This document shows, one piece after another, positions 28,942 to 39,309 of a DNA stretch of 64,000 nt. The notes under the pieces were generated by a model. The model was not told where the DNA came from and searched no databases. It saw nothing but the letters and a program-made list of their open reading frames with translations. Every line of letters begins with the position of its first letter. Position 1 is the stretch's first letter. Both the position numbers and the translations under genes were made by a program. This stretch comes from Rickettsiales bacterium (GTDB lineage: Bacteria > Pseudomonadota > Alphaproteobacteria > Rickettsiales > UBA3002): NCBI GenBank assembly GCA_022763105.1, contig JALEGK010000019.1, positions 357 to 64,356 on the forward strand. Direction: 5' to 3'.

Positions 28942-29628
28942 TCAACCTAAGAAGCTGTAGCGTGGGGCATCACCGGTAAAATTGTAGTAATTAGCGGTGT
29001 AAATACCCGCTGCGCGTGCAGTGAGTGTATCTGGCAATGTGTCTATCGGACTAAATGCGGATGGCTGAGGTGAGCCGCCATCATCCTGATTTACACGTTG
29101 TCTGACCGGCTCGATGATATTGCCCTCAGCATCCAGATCGAAATCATATTCCGGTAGCTCTTCGACTTCCGTACTTTCATATTGCTGTGGCTGAACACGG
29201 CCTAATATCTCACGGATATCGGTTTGGCTTAAGCGAGCACGACGTTGCGCTTGTGGCGTTAGTGAAGCGTCATCAAGTAATTCTTTATTGCCAAATATCG
29301 CGGCTTGCGCGGATGGCGAAAGCCCTAGTTGTGGCGGTAGGAATGCACCCAGACTCTCGGGCTTGGCAGGTGTTGGTGGAGCCTGCGTGATTCTTGCCTG
29401 ATTGAGCAGATCATTGGCATCTTGTGCCAAGCGCTGTTGGGCGTGGACTTGTTTATCCGCCTGATTACTTTTGCGGACGGCTTCATCTAGATTGAGGTTT
29501 GCTTCACGCGCACTACGCTCGCGAGACAGGCGTATTTGCTCTGCAGCGGAAGAGATATCTTTGTCAGCGAATGATACAGCGAGAATGCTGTTCATGCTGT
29601 TATAGTCTGCGCGGCCTACTTGCACCAC
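28942..29628 (-). CDS. Hypothetical protein (Gln/Ala/Pro-rich, no TM segment)
   Basis: 228-aa ORF with AAGGAGAG just upstream of tandem GTG codons. The start is ambiguous and no motif was recognised. Confidence 0.45.
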   Translation of the reverse strand: MVQVGRADYNSMNSILAVSFADKDISSAAEQIRLSRERSAREANLNLDEAVRKSNQADKQVHAQQRLAQDANDLLNQARITQAPPTPAKPESLGAFLPPQLGLSPSAQAAIFGNKELLDDASLTPQAQRRARLSQTDIREILGRVQPQQYESTEVEELPEYDFDLDAEGNIIEPVRQRVNQDDGGSPQPSAFSPIDTLPDTLTARAAGIYTANYYNFTGDAPRYSFLG

Positions 29629-29859
29629 ACTCTCCTTATACTTACCGTCGTCTAGTCGTCTTACATATTCGACCTTGTTTTATTGGACTCTTTTATAAGC
29701 CTTTTTTGCAGGTAAGCAACCAAATTTATTTATAAATATCAGCACATTCGTTCAGAAAACATACAGAATCAAATAAATACAATTTGGAAAGTAATGCAAA
29801 TATAGCATGTGTCAGCCAGTACGGCAAACATTTAGCTCATGTATTGAATAAGTATAGAA

Positions 29860-30261
29860 TTAGTGAAGCGATCCAGGGGATACGTTCAACAAGCCGATAG
29901 CTGCGGTGAGAATTGCACCAATTGTCAGCAACATACCGATCACACGCACGACTTGAGGTTTGCCTTTATTGAGCATGCAAATCGCATGTAAAACGCGGCC
30001 AGCAAGAAGTGCAGAACAAATACCATGCAGCATTTGCACGTTGGCTTCTTGTAGCTCTAGCATGAATGCCAGTAGTAGCGTGAGCGGAACAAATTCTGCG
30101 AAATTGGCATGTGCTCTGATACGGTATTGTAGCCCTTCGTGACCACCATCTCCCAGTGGCGCTTTGTTCTTAAAGCGTCCCTGAATGACGATAAAGGTCA
30201 TCAGCACGTAGATAATGGCGAAGACGGCAGCATATACCGGAACAGTCATGAACATAAGCAT
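29860..30261 (-). CDS. MAPEG-family membrane protein
   Basis: 133 aa with four TM segments and ...RIRAHANFAEFVPL..., typical of bacterial MAPEG proteins. Confidence 0.65.
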   Translation of the reverse strand: MLMFMTVPVYAAVFAIIYVLMTFIVIQGRFKNKAPLGDGGHEGLQYRIRAHANFAEFVPLTLLLAFMLELQEANVQMLHGICSALLAGRVLHAICMLNKGKPQVVRVIGMLLTIGAILTAAIGLLNVSPGSLH

Positions 30262-30274
30262 CTCACTTCTAAAT

Positions 30275-30307
30275 CAAAAAGCCCGACCAAATCATTTAGC
30301 CGGGCTC
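30275..30307 (-). terminator. Intrinsic terminator after the BI-1 family gene
   Basis: On the minus strand: AGCCCG...CGGGCT stem followed by TTTTTGATTT. Confidence 0.55.
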
Positions 30308-30332
30308 TTTGTTTGTCAAATGTTTTCAATGA

Positions 30333-31091
30333 TTAACGGCGTTCACCGAATAAACGCAGCAACATGATAAACAAATTGATGAAATCAAGATACAGACTAA
30401 GCGCGCCCATAATCGCAGATTTCTGAGCTGCTTCGGCATGGCCTGCATATTGGTAATACATCGCTTTGATTTTTTGCGTATCGTAAGCGATTAAGCCCAC
30501 AAATAGCAGCACACCAATCACAGATACGGCGAAATAAAGCGCTGAACTTTGTAAGAAGATATTCACCAAAGACGCGATGATAATACCAAATACGCCCATC
30601 ATCAGGAATGAGCCGAACTTGGTTAGATCGCGGTTAGTGGTATATCCATATAGGCTCATCGCGCCGAACGTACCGGCAGTGATGAAGAATACGCGAGTAA
30701 TGCTGGTGCCAGTATATAGTGCGAACACATAATAAAGTGATAGCCCCATAAGCACTGAGAAGCCCCAGAACCACGCTTTTGCTGCGCCAATGGACATGCT
30801 GCCCATCTTTGCACCCAAAAAGAACACAACACCTAGCGGTGCTAGCATGACCACCCATGAAAGCGGTGATTGACCAATGCTACCATCAGCTCTTTGGGTG
30901 AGCATCATCGATAGGAATGCCTCCGAGCCAGACGCGAAATAAGCCACTAAGCCCGTAATGATCAGGGCGCTAGCCATGTAGTTATACACCTGCAGCATGT
31001 AACTGCGCAGGCCTTCATCGTACTCTACGGCCTGCGATTGCGCTCCCGCATTGGAAGACATTTGTTCAGGCTGACGATCAAAAATACTCAT
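30333..31091 (-). CDS. Bax inhibitor-1/YccA family membrane protein
   Basis: 252 aa with seven TM segments, ...AYDTQKIK... and a basic C-terminus. Confidence 0.85.
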   Translation of the reverse strand: MSIFDRQPEQMSSNAGAQSQAVEYDEGLRSYMLQVYNYMASALIITGLVAYFASGSEAFLSMMLTQRADGSIGQSPLSWVVMLAPLGVVFFLGAKMGSMSIGAAKAWFWGFSVLMGLSLYYVFALYTGTSITRVFFITAGTFGAMSLYGYTTNRDLTKFGSFLMMGVFGIIIASLVNIFLQSSALYFAVSVIGVLLFVGLIAYDTQKIKAMYYQYAGHAEAAQKSAIMGALSLYLDFINLFIMLLRLFGERR

Positions 31092-31313
31092 TTAGTTCCT
31101 CCTTTAGGAATAATTACCCAGTAATTATATCGGCTACTAGGCGCTAATTTCAAGTGTAACCGGATGAAATTTGGTAAACATCCACTATTTACTTGCATAA
31201 GAACGCCAACCTTATTATAACCACGCCTCCGAATCAAGCGACCGGGCCGGGATATCCCATGTATTGGCATGCCTTGGTAGCTGTGTTTAAGAACCTGAAT
31301 ATAGGAGAGAAAA

Positions 31314-31514
31314 ATGCCAAAGATGAAAAGTAAAAGCGGTGCTAAGAAGCGCTTCTCTTTTACCGGCACTGGTAAGATTAAGGCCAATCAGGCTGGAAAA
31401 AGCCACGGCATGGTAAAACGTTCTAAGAAATTTATTCGCAATCAACGTGGTACCACCACTCTGTGTGATGCAGATGCGAACATTGTTAAAAAATTCCTTC
31501 CATATGGACGCTAG
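31314..31514 (+). CDS. rpmI: 50S ribosomal protein L35
   Basis: Starts [14 protein letters not shown]. Confidence 0.95.
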   Translation: MPKMKSKSGAKKRFSFTGTGKIKANQAGKSHGMVKRSKKFIRNQRGTTTLCDADANIVKKFLPYGR

Positions 31515-31524
31515 GAGATAAGAC

Positions 31525-31890
31525 ATGGCACACGTTAAAAGAGGTGTGACGGCCAAAAAACGTCATAAGAAAATTTTAAGCATGGCAAAAGGCTATCGCG
31601 GCCGTTCTAAGAACTGTTACCGCGTTGCTGTTCAGTCTGTTGAAAAAGGTCTGCAGTACGCCTATCGCGATCGTAAAGTACGTAAGCGCGAATTCCGTCG
31701 TCTGTGGATTCAACGTATCAATGCAGCTGCACGTCAGCACAGCATGAGCTACTCTCAGTTTATTAGCGGTCTCGCTAAAGCTGGTGTTGATGTAGATCGT
31801 AAAGTGCTTGCTGAAATCGCTGTACATGAGCCAGCTGCGTTTAAAGCGCTGGTTGATCAGTCTCAGGCAGGTCTGAAAAAAGCCGCATAA
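31525..31890 (+). CDS. rplT: 50S ribosomal protein L20
   Basis: [18 protein letters not shown]...[11 protein letters not shown]. Confidence 0.95.
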   Translation: MAHVKRGVTAKKRHKKILSMAKGYRGRSKNCYRVAVQSVEKGLQYAYRDRKVRKREFRRLWIQRINAAARQHSMSYSQFISGLAKAGVDVDRKVLAEIAVHEPAAFKALVDQSQAGLKKAA

Positions 31891-31899
31891 GGCTGTTTC

Positions 31900-32973
31900 A
31901 TGACCGCACTGGAACAACTCGAAGCTGAAGCTAAGGAAACCATCGCAGGCGCATCTGATTTAAAGGCGCTTGATGATGTGCGCGTGTCGCTACTTGGTAA
32001 AAAAGGTACCATTACCGAACAGCTCAAGGCGTTGGGCCAGGCCAGTATTGAAGAAAAGAAAACCAAGGGTAAGGCGCTCAATCAGCTTAAGCAGGCTTTG
32101 GTCTTAAGCATCGAGGAGCGCCACGCCGAACTTCACCGCGCATCAATCAATCAACGTTTAGAGACCGAGCGTGTTGACGTGAGCCTACCGGCACGTGAGC
32201 AAGTGAAGGGCTCGATTCATCCGATCACTCAGGTGATGGAGGAAATGACCACGATTTTTGCGGATTTGGGTTTCAGTGTGGCTGAAGGTCCGGACATTGA
32301 AGATGATTTTCATAATTTCACCGCGCTGAATATTCCGCCATCTCACCCTGCCCGCCAGATGCATGATACCTTCTATCTGCAGGGCAAAGACGAAAAAGGC
32401 GACCCAAAGGTACTGCGTACTCATACTTCACCGGTACAAATCCGTACCATGCTAGAGCAAGAACCGCCGATTCGTATTATCGCGCCCGGCGCGACCTATC
32501 GCTGCGATTCAGATATGACCCACACGCCGATGTTCCATCAGGTGGAAGGGTTGGTGATTGATAAGAATATCCATTTTGGTCACCTCAAAGGCATTTTGCG
32601 TCAATTTGTTGAAGCGTTCTTTGGTAAAGAGAATGTACCGATGCGTTTCCGCCCAAGCTTCTTCCCATTCACCGAGCCTTCGGCTGAGGTGGATATTGGC
32701 TGCAAGAAAGGCCGTGAAGAATTGGTGATTGGTGAAGGCGATGATTGGTTAGAGATTCTGGGTTGCGGTATGGTGCACCCGAATGTGCTGCGCAATTGTA
32801 ACCTTGATCCAGAAGAGTGGCAGGGCTTTGCGTTTGGTATGGGTGTTGAGCGTCTGGCGATGCTGAAATATAACATCCCTGATCTACGTACCTTCTTTGA
32901 TTCAGACCAGCGTTGGCTATCGCATTACGGGTTCGATGCGCTGGATATACCAAGCCTGGTAAAAGGTATTTAG
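31900..32973 (+). CDS. pheS: Phenylalanine--tRNA ligase alpha subunit
   Basis: Contains [11 protein letters not shown] and the class II motifs [16 protein letters not shown] and [13 protein letters not shown]. Confidence 0.95.
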   Translation: MTALEQLEAEAKETIAGASDLKALDDVRVSLLGKKGTITEQLKALGQASIEEKKTKGKALNQLKQALVLSIEERHAELHRASINQRLETERVDVSLPAREQVKGSIHPITQVMEEMTTIFADLGFSVAEGPDIEDDFHNFTALNIPPSHPARQMHDTFYLQGKDEKGDPKVLRTHTSPVQIRTMLEQEPPIRIIAPGATYRCDSDMTHTPMFHQVEGLVIDKNIHFGHLKGILRQFVEAFFGKENVPMRFRPSFFPFTEPSAEVDIGCKKGREELVIGEGDDWLEILGCGMVHPNVLRNCNLDPEEWQGFAFGMGVERLAMLKYNIPDLRTFFDSDQRWLSHYGFDALDIPSLVKGI

Positions 32974-34647
32974 TTACTTGCCATTGATGTGGTGCACGAG
33001 CACATCGAGCACTGGCTTCTTCCCAAACTCATCACGAATAATACGACGAATCGTCGAGCGGATTTTTTCATCCAGCATGCGGGCTTTGCCAAGCTTATAG
33101 ACATTGGCGACGGCTTCTTGAATTTCTTCCTGAAGCTGCTCGATCACTTCCATATCTTCTTTCGGGTCTAGTACGCCTAGACCAGAGATCTGAGGCAGTT
33201 TGACGCACTCACCCTTTTTATTATCGATAAGCACGGATGCGACAATACAGCCATCATCGCGCAATTTGCGACGCATACGGATGATTGGTGAGTCTGCATC
33301 GACAATCGATTTTCCATCGAGCGCCATATAGCCCCAATCAACCGAACCGATAATACCGGCCTCGCCTTTTTCTAACTGAATGACGGCACCGTTTGTTGCT
33401 TCAACCGCTTCAGGAACTTGCAGTGATTTCGTCAGTTTTGCGTGTTCGTGAATGTGGCGTGCCTCACCATGCACCGGCACAGAGATGGCGGGACGCACCA
33501 ACTGATACATCGTTTCTAATTCTGCGCGGCATGGATGACCCGATACATGGATCATCGCATCCTGATCGCCGATAATTTCTAACCCCAACTGTGTCAGCTT
33601 ATTCTGAATCCAATTGATCTTCGTCTCATTACCCGGAATCACGCGCGATGAGAACACCACCGTATCGCCCGGACTCAAGCGGATGGACGGATGGTCGTTG
33701 CGTGCAATCTTAGCAAGTGCCGAGCGCCCTTCCCCTTGGCAACCTGTCGCGATGATCAGGATTTTATCGCGCGGTATGTCCATCGCATCTTTTTCTGTCA
33801 GAAACTCTGGCACATCTTGCAGATAACCACTCTCTTTAGCGGCAGATGTAATACGCCATAATGAGCGGCCAGCGAGCGCAATGGAGCGCCCCGCTTCTAG
33901 CCCCGCATAGATAATCGATTCTAAGCGCGCCACGTTAGATGCAAACGTACTAACAATCACACGCTGCTCGCATCCGGCGATCACATCATTTAGATGTTGG
34001 CGCACATGTGATTCTGAACCAGATTCACCTTCCACCATGACATTGGTGGAGTCGCAGACCATGGCGAGCACGCCTTCGTCTCCGTATTTCGCGAGCGTTT
34101 CTTTATCCGATTTCGGGCCGACGAGCGGGTCAAAATCCATTTTCCAGTCACCCGTATGCATGATCACGCCTTTGTCGGTGCGAATCGCAATCGCATGCAT
34201 TTCAGGAATAGAATGCGTGAGTGGAATCATCTCTAATTCAAACGGCCATAGATGAACATTCTGCTCGGATGAGACTTCATGCACCTCTACCTTAGAGCTG
34301 ATACCCTCCTCTTGCAGCTTTGGCTTGAGCACGGCGGCGGTAAAGGGCGTGGCGTAGACAGGACATTGCAGTTCGTTCCACAAATAGCCGACCGCACCTA
34401 AATGATCTTCATGCGCATGGGTTAGCACAAGACCCAACAAATTCTCTTTATGCTCTAAAATGAAATCGATGTTGGGTAACATCACATCGATGCCGGGCAT
34501 GTAATCATCGGCGAAGCCAATGCCTAAATCAACCATCAGCCATTTGCCGCGATACTGATAGAGGTTTAGGTTCATGCCAATTTCGTTTGAGCCGCCAAGC
34601 GGTACAAACAAAAGCTTATCTTGGAGTTTGGTGAAGTTAATGCTCAT
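32974..34647 (-). CDS. rnj: Ribonuclease J (metallo-beta-lactamase/beta-CASP)
   Basis: Contains LTHAHEDHLGA. 557 aa. Confidence 0.88.
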   Translation of the reverse strand: MSINFTKLQDKLLFVPLGGSNEIGMNLNLYQYRGKWLMVDLGIGFADDYMPGIDVMLPNIDFILEHKENLLGLVLTHAHEDHLGAVGYLWNELQCPVYATPFTAAVLKPKLQEEGISSKVEVHEVSSEQNVHLWPFELEMIPLTHSIPEMHAIAIRTDKGVIMHTGDWKMDFDPLVGPKSDKETLAKYGDEGVLAMVCDSTNVMVEGESGSESHVRQHLNDVIAGCEQRVIVSTFASNVARLESIIYAGLEAGRSIALAGRSLWRITSAAKESGYLQDVPEFLTEKDAMDIPRDKILIIATGCQGEGRSALAKIARNDHPSIRLSPGDTVVFSSRVIPGNETKINWIQNKLTQLGLEIIGDQDAMIHVSGHPCRAELETMYQLVRPAISVPVHGEARHIHEHAKLTKSLQVPEAVEATNGAVIQLEKGEAGIIGSVDWGYMALDGKSIVDADSPIIRMRRKLRDDGCIVASVLIDNKKGECVKLPQISGLGVLDPKEDMEVIEQLQEEIQEAVANVYKLGKARMLDEKIRSTIRRIIRDEFGKKPVLDVLVHHINGK

Positions 34648-35417
34648 GCGGCCTGCTGTAAGTTGTAAATCAATTGTAAGCCGCGAACGGTCAGGTGATC
34701 GTCGACACGGTCGATGGCGTCGGTGTTTTTGGCGTATAGGCTCGCTAAGCCGCCCGTAGCGATTACGACCGGGTTGCCATTCATCTCGGACTTCATGCGG
34801 CTTATAATGCCTTCGATGAGTCCTAGATAGCCATAATAAATACCCGACTGCATGGCGCCCGTTGTGTTGGTGCCAATCGTTTTTTCCGGTTGGGTAATCG
34901 CAACGCCATGAAGTTTTGCAGCGGCTGCTGTTAGCGCATCGAGTGAGACATTCACACCCGGAGCAATCACACCGCCAATATAGCTACCCTCTTCGCTGAT
35001 CGCATCGAAGGTGGTGGCAGTACCAAAATCAATGATGATAAGCGCTTGTTCGTACTGCGTCCAAGCGGCATAGGCATTGACCAGTCGGTCTGCACCCAAT
35101 TCTTGCGGGTTATCTAGCTTGACCGGCATGTTGATAGGCAGCGTATCGCGCCCGACAGTGTAGAGATTGCAAGAGAGGTATTTCTCGCAAAGCAGGCGAA
35201 TCGGAAAATTCGTATCTGGCACAACCGAGGAGAGGATAGCCGCTCCTATCGTATGCATATCGACTTTCGCTTGCTCTAATAGCGGCGATAATAGCGCAGC
35301 ATATTCATCTTCGGTACGTTGTGGGTCAGTGGCTAAGCGCCAGACATGCTCAGGCTTTTCATCGCAAAGAGAGAACACCGTGTGGGTGTTGCCCACATCA
35401 ATGGCTAACAGCTTCAA
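34644..35417 (-). CDS. coaX: Type III pantothenate kinase
   Basis: Starts MKLLAIDVGNTHT. 257 aa. Has 4-nt overlaps with both neighbours. Confidence 0.9.
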   Translation of the reverse strand: MKLLAIDVGNTHTVFSLCDEKPEHVWRLATDPQRTEDEYAALLSPLLEQAKVDMHTIGAAILSSVVPDTNFPIRLLCEKYLSCNLYTVGRDTLPINMPVKLDNPQELGADRLVNAYAAWTQYEQALIIIDFGTATTFDAISEEGSYIGGVIAPGVNVSLDALTAAAAKLHGVAITQPEKTIGTNTTGAMQSGIYYGYLGLIEGIISRMKSEMNGNPVVIATGGLASLYAKNTDAIDRVDDHLTVRGLQLIYNLQQAA

Positions 35418-36214
35418 GAGGCAACCTCGCCATTATCGTTACGATCACTAAAGATCACGTCGCCTGCAGAAATCGGCTTCACGGAACCATCTGGCACTGC
35501 CAGAAGCAAGCGCCCGCATTCATCGATGCCTTGGAAATTTCCTGAGAAATGATCATTGCCGACAGCAACCTCTGTAGGGTTGCCCAGCTTATAGGCATGG
35601 TCAATCCATTTACGGCGAATCGGGTCGAACCCTTCGTCACACCACAGATCGTAGGCGTGAATGAAATTATAGACGAAGCGAGAGAGCACGATTTTTGCGC
35701 TGACGATCTCTACACCTGTTTGACGCAGGCAGGTTGCAGGGAATGAGGTGTCTTCCGGATAGCTATCGATATTGATGCCAACTCCTACGGCTACCCATGT
35801 TTGTTCTTCGCCCATCTCATTGAGTGTGCTGAATGACTCCAGCAGAATGCCGCCGAGTTTTTTGCCATCATACAAGACATCGTTCGGCCATTTGCATTGA
35901 ATGAGACCATCATCGGGAATGATAGGGTCAACGGTATTGGCAACGGCTACAGACGCCACAAACGATAATTGAGAACATTGCAGCAAGTCGCAATTTGGGC
36001 TGAGCAGAATGGTGACAAATAGATTGCCTTCATGCGACACCCATTCGCGCCCCATGCGTCCTTTACCAGACGTTTGTCGTTTCGCCCAGATCACTGCACC
36101 GTGAGCCGCGCCGCCATCAGCTAGGCGCTTTGCCTCTTCATTGGTGCTGTCTAGCACGTCATAAGATAAGAGGTGATAGTCTTCTAGTAAGTTATTTCTT
36201 AATTGTTGCGTCAT
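35414..36214 (-). CDS. birA: Biotin--[acetyl-CoA-carboxylase] ligase (no N-terminal HTH)
   Basis: Biotin-binding loop KRQTSGKGRMGREW. 266 aa. Confidence 0.85.
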   Translation of the reverse strand: MTQQLRNNLLEDYHLLSYDVLDSTNEEAKRLADGGAAHGAVIWAKRQTSGKGRMGREWVSHEGNLFVTILLSPNCDLLQCSQLSFVASVAVANTVDPIIPDDGLIQCKWPNDVLYDGKKLGGILLESFSTLNEMGEEQTWVAVGVGINIDSYPEDTSFPATCLRQTGVEIVSAKIVLSRFVYNFIHAYDLWCDEGFDPIRRKWIDHAYKLGNPTEVAVGNDHFSGNFQGIDECGRLLLAVPDGSVKPISAGDVIFSDRNDNGEVAS

Positions 36215-36220
36215 GCGATC

Positions 36221-37669
36221 CTACAGGATTAGCGCTTTTGCCGCTTCTCCAGCTATTTTTACCAATGGTGTCGGCATTAAAAAGAAGCCAACGGTGATGA
36301 TAGCGCATACACATAAGACGAACCGAACCCCAAATGATTCAAAGCGATCAAACGTGTCCTTCTGCTCGTCAAAATACATGACTTTCACCACTTTGAGGTA
36401 ATAATAGGCCGCAACCACGCTGGAAAGCAAGCCAATGATCACCAAACTGTATAGTTCTGCCTCAATTGCGCTCAAGAAAACGTACATTTTACCGAAAAAT
36501 CCGGCAAGTGGTGGAATTCCTGCCATTGAGAACATCATCAACGCCATAAAGAGAGCAAGCTTTGGAGAGGTCTTAGACAGCCCGCCCAAATCTTCAATCT
36601 GCTCAACATTTTTGCCATTACGTTTCATCAGGCAAACAAAGCCAAAGGCTCCCAGACTCATGAACAGATAGAGCGATAGATAGATAAGCATAGCCTTAAT
36701 ACCCGACTCTGCGCCGACCGCAATACCAATCAATGCATAGCCGACATGACCGATGGAGCTGTAAGCCAAAAGACGCTTGATGTTCGTTTGGCGAAGTGCG
36801 CCGAAGGCACCAATGATCATGGATGCGATGGAGACAAAAATGAGGATCTGCTGCCAATGTTCGAACAACATATGGAATGGTTGTAGCAAGAATCGTCCAA
36901 ACACGCAGAGCGCTGCAATTTTTGGTACAACCGCAAAAAAGGTCACGACTGGCGTCGGTGCGCCTTCATACACATCTGGTGTCCACATATGGAACGGCAC
37001 GGCAGATACTTTAAAGCAGAAACCAACGATGACCATAACCAGACCAACAATAAGGCCGTAGCTGACAGGTTGATCGACATAGGCGCTGAAGAAATGCGCG
37101 AGCGATGCAAAGTTGGTCGTGCCAGAGAATCCGTAGACTAGTGACGCGCCAAACAACATCATGCCGGATGCGAGTGAGCCAAGAATAAAGTATTTCAGTC
37201 CTGCTTCTGATGAGCGTGTATTATCGCGATCAATTGCGGTCATGACATAAAGCGCCAAACTACCCAGCTCTAAGCCCATATAAAGCGATAGCAAATCATC
37301 GGCAGAGACCATAAGCATCATGCCGGTGGTGGCAAGTAGCAGAAGCACTGGATATTCGAACCGTTTATTCTCTTCTTCCCTGAGCCACAGCATACTGATC
37401 AGCAGCGCCATGAGTGCGCCGACAAGCATAAGGATTTTGCTATATTGCGTGAAATAGTCAGAACGGAACAAACCTTCAAAGACAATCACCTGATCTTTTG
37501 GCTGTACGGTGATGAGGTAGGCAGCAGCAGCCAAAGCAAGAACAGAGAATAGCGTTGCCATTAACGTGACTTGGTTGCCTCTGAATGCGCCGGCCATGAG
37601 GACAATAATGGCAACGGCCAGTAACAATAATTCTGGTGAAAGTGGCACTAACTCGGCTACGTCAAACAT
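36221..37669 (-). CDS. nuoN: NADH-quinone oxidoreductase subunit N
   Basis: 482-aa polytopic antiporter-like protein, last gene of the nuo order. Confidence 0.9.
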   Translation of the reverse strand: MFDVAELVPLSPELLLLAVAIIVLMAGAFRGNQVTLMATLFSVLALAAAAYLITVQPKDQVIVFEGLFRSDYFTQYSKILMLVGALMALLISMLWLREEENKRFEYPVLLLLATTGMMLMVSADDLLSLYMGLELGSLALYVMTAIDRDNTRSSEAGLKYFILGSLASGMMLFGASLVYGFSGTTNFASLAHFFSAYVDQPVSYGLIVGLVMVIVGFCFKVSAVPFHMWTPDVYEGAPTPVVTFFAVVPKIAALCVFGRFLLQPFHMLFEHWQQILIFVSIASMIIGAFGALRQTNIKRLLAYSSIGHVGYALIGIAVGAESGIKAMLIYLSLYLFMSLGAFGFVCLMKRNGKNVEQIEDLGGLSKTSPKLALFMALMMFSMAGIPPLAGFFGKMYVFLSAIEAELYSLVIIGLLSSVVAAYYYLKVVKVMYFDEQKDTFDRFESFGVRFVLCVCAIITVGFFLMPTPLVKIAGEAAKALIL

Positions 37670-39309
37670 TAGTGAGCCTCCTTCTGTTTTACTTCAATTT
37701 CGTCAGAGGGCAACTCTGCTGGCAATGCCTCATCGATCGATAGCTCAGATTCAGCACCAACCTTCTCTTCCATATCCGCCTCCGATGTATCGATGGTTTC
37801 AATCAACTCATCAGAGCTTTTTGCATGCCCTGATACAGAGACTTGGCTCATCAGATGGGTGACGGAAGGATGTAGCGTGCTTAGCACTGGCTTAGGATAA
37901 ACACCAATGAGAATGGTCATAACGATGATTGGCGCAAAGATAATCAACTCGCGCTTGCTCACATCGGGCAGTTTTTTCAAATCGCGTTTGGTTAGCTCAC
38001 CAAAGCACACACGGCGGTATAACCACAGCATATAGGCTGCGCCTAAAATCAAACCGGTTGCCGCAAAGAAGGCCGCCCACTGACTCGCTTGGAATGCACC
38101 GACCAGCACCATCATTTCGCCAACAAAGCCAGCGGTGCCCGGCAGGCCAACCGATGCCATGGTGAAGATCATGAAGATGGCAGCATAGATCGGCATGTTA
38201 TGCACCAAACCGCCATAGCGATTGATTTCGCGCGTGTGCAGGCGGTCATAGACAACACCAACACATAAGAACAACGCACCAGAGATGAGACCGTGGCTAA
38301 TCATCTGGAAAATCGCGCCCTCAATACCTTGCTGGTTGAAGGAGAAAATACCCAACGTGACAAAGCCCATATGTGCCACCGATGAGTAGGCAATCAGCTT
38401 TTTCATATCTTCCTGCATGAGTGCGACGAGCGAGGTATAGACCACAGCAATACAGCTAAGCACAAAGATCAGATCGGCGAAGTGATGCGAGGCTTCTGGC
38501 AACATAGGGAGCGAGAAACGAAGGAAGCCATAGGCACCCATTTTCAGCAGAATACCCGCCAGAATCACCGAGCCCGCTGTTGGTGCTTGTACGTGTGCAT
38601 CGGGCAACCAAGTATGCACCGGCCACATTGGCACTTTCACGGCGAATGATGCAAGCATCGCCAGCCATAGCCATTGCTGCACGCTTAGCGTTAGCGTTGG
38701 AGCTAAGTTCATTAGCTCTGGAATGCTGGTGGTACCAAAGGTGAAGTACAGATACAGCAGCGCGGCCAAGAATAGGACCGAACCGGCAAGTGTGTAGAGG
38801 AAGAATTTATACGACGCATAAACACGACGGTCGCCGCCCCAAATACCGATGATCAAGAACATCGGAATCAACATGCCTTCGAAGAAGAGATAGAACAGCA
38901 CCATATCGAGCGCGCAGAACACGCCGATGACCATGGCCTCTAGCACCAAAAATGCCATCATATATTCACGGATGCGCTTCGTAATCGCTTCCCAACTACA
39001 TAGAATACAAATCGGCATCAGGAAGGTGGTCAGCAAAATCATGAAGAGCGAGATGCCATCAATACCGAGCAGGAAATTGATGTTATAGCCATCAAACCAC
39101 GGCGCGCGCTCCATGAATTGGAATGCGTGTGTACTGCCATCAAAATGACGCCATACGATAAGCGATGCGATGAAGGTCACTACTGTCGTCCACAGAGCGG
39201 CATGCTTGGCATTACTATTGCCCTGCTCATCGTTTTTGACGAATAGCGCAATCACCAGCGCTCCAACGAGTGGTAATGCAATCAGGATGGAGAGGATATG
39301 CATGGTCAT
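37669..39309 (-). CDS. nuoM: NADH-quinone oxidoreductase subunit M (with an acidic C-terminal extension)
   Basis: 546-aa antiporter-like protein, identified by position and by motifs such as [23 protein letters not shown]. Confidence 0.92.
   Translation of the reverse strand: MTMHILSILIALPLVGALVIALFVKNDEQGNSNAKHAALWTTVVTFIASLIVWRHFDGSTHAFQFMERAPWFDGYNINFLLGIDGISLFMILLTTFLMPICILCSWEAITKRIREYMMAFLVLEAMVIGVFCALDMVLFYLFFEGMLIPMFLIIGIWGGDRRVYASYKFFLYTLAGSVLFLAALLYLYFTFGTTSIPELMNLAPTLTLSVQQWLWLAMLASFAVKVPMWPVHTWLPDAHVQAPTAGSVILAGILLKMGAYGFLRFSLPMLPEASHHFADLIFVLSCIAVVYTSLVALMQEDMKKLIAYSSVAHMGFVTLGIFSFNQQGIEGAIFQMISHGLISGALFLCVGVVYDRLHTREINRYGGLVHNMPIYAAIFMIFTMASVGLPGTAGFVGEMMVLVGAFQASQWAAFFAATGLILGAAYMLWLYRRVCFGELTKRDLKKLPDVSKRELIIFAPIIVMTILIGVYPKPVLSTLHPSVTHLMSQVSVSGHAKSSDELIETIDTSEADMEEKVGAESELSIDEALPAELPSDEIEVKQKEAH

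Noticed and set aside
31092-31313. 222-bp leader upstream of rpmI, considered as an L20-responsive regulatory RNA
   Set aside because: It contains small palindromes (GGGATATCCC, GGCATGCC). I cannot recognise a defined L20-binding pseudoknot or hairpin mimic by eye, so it is not supportable without covariation analysis.
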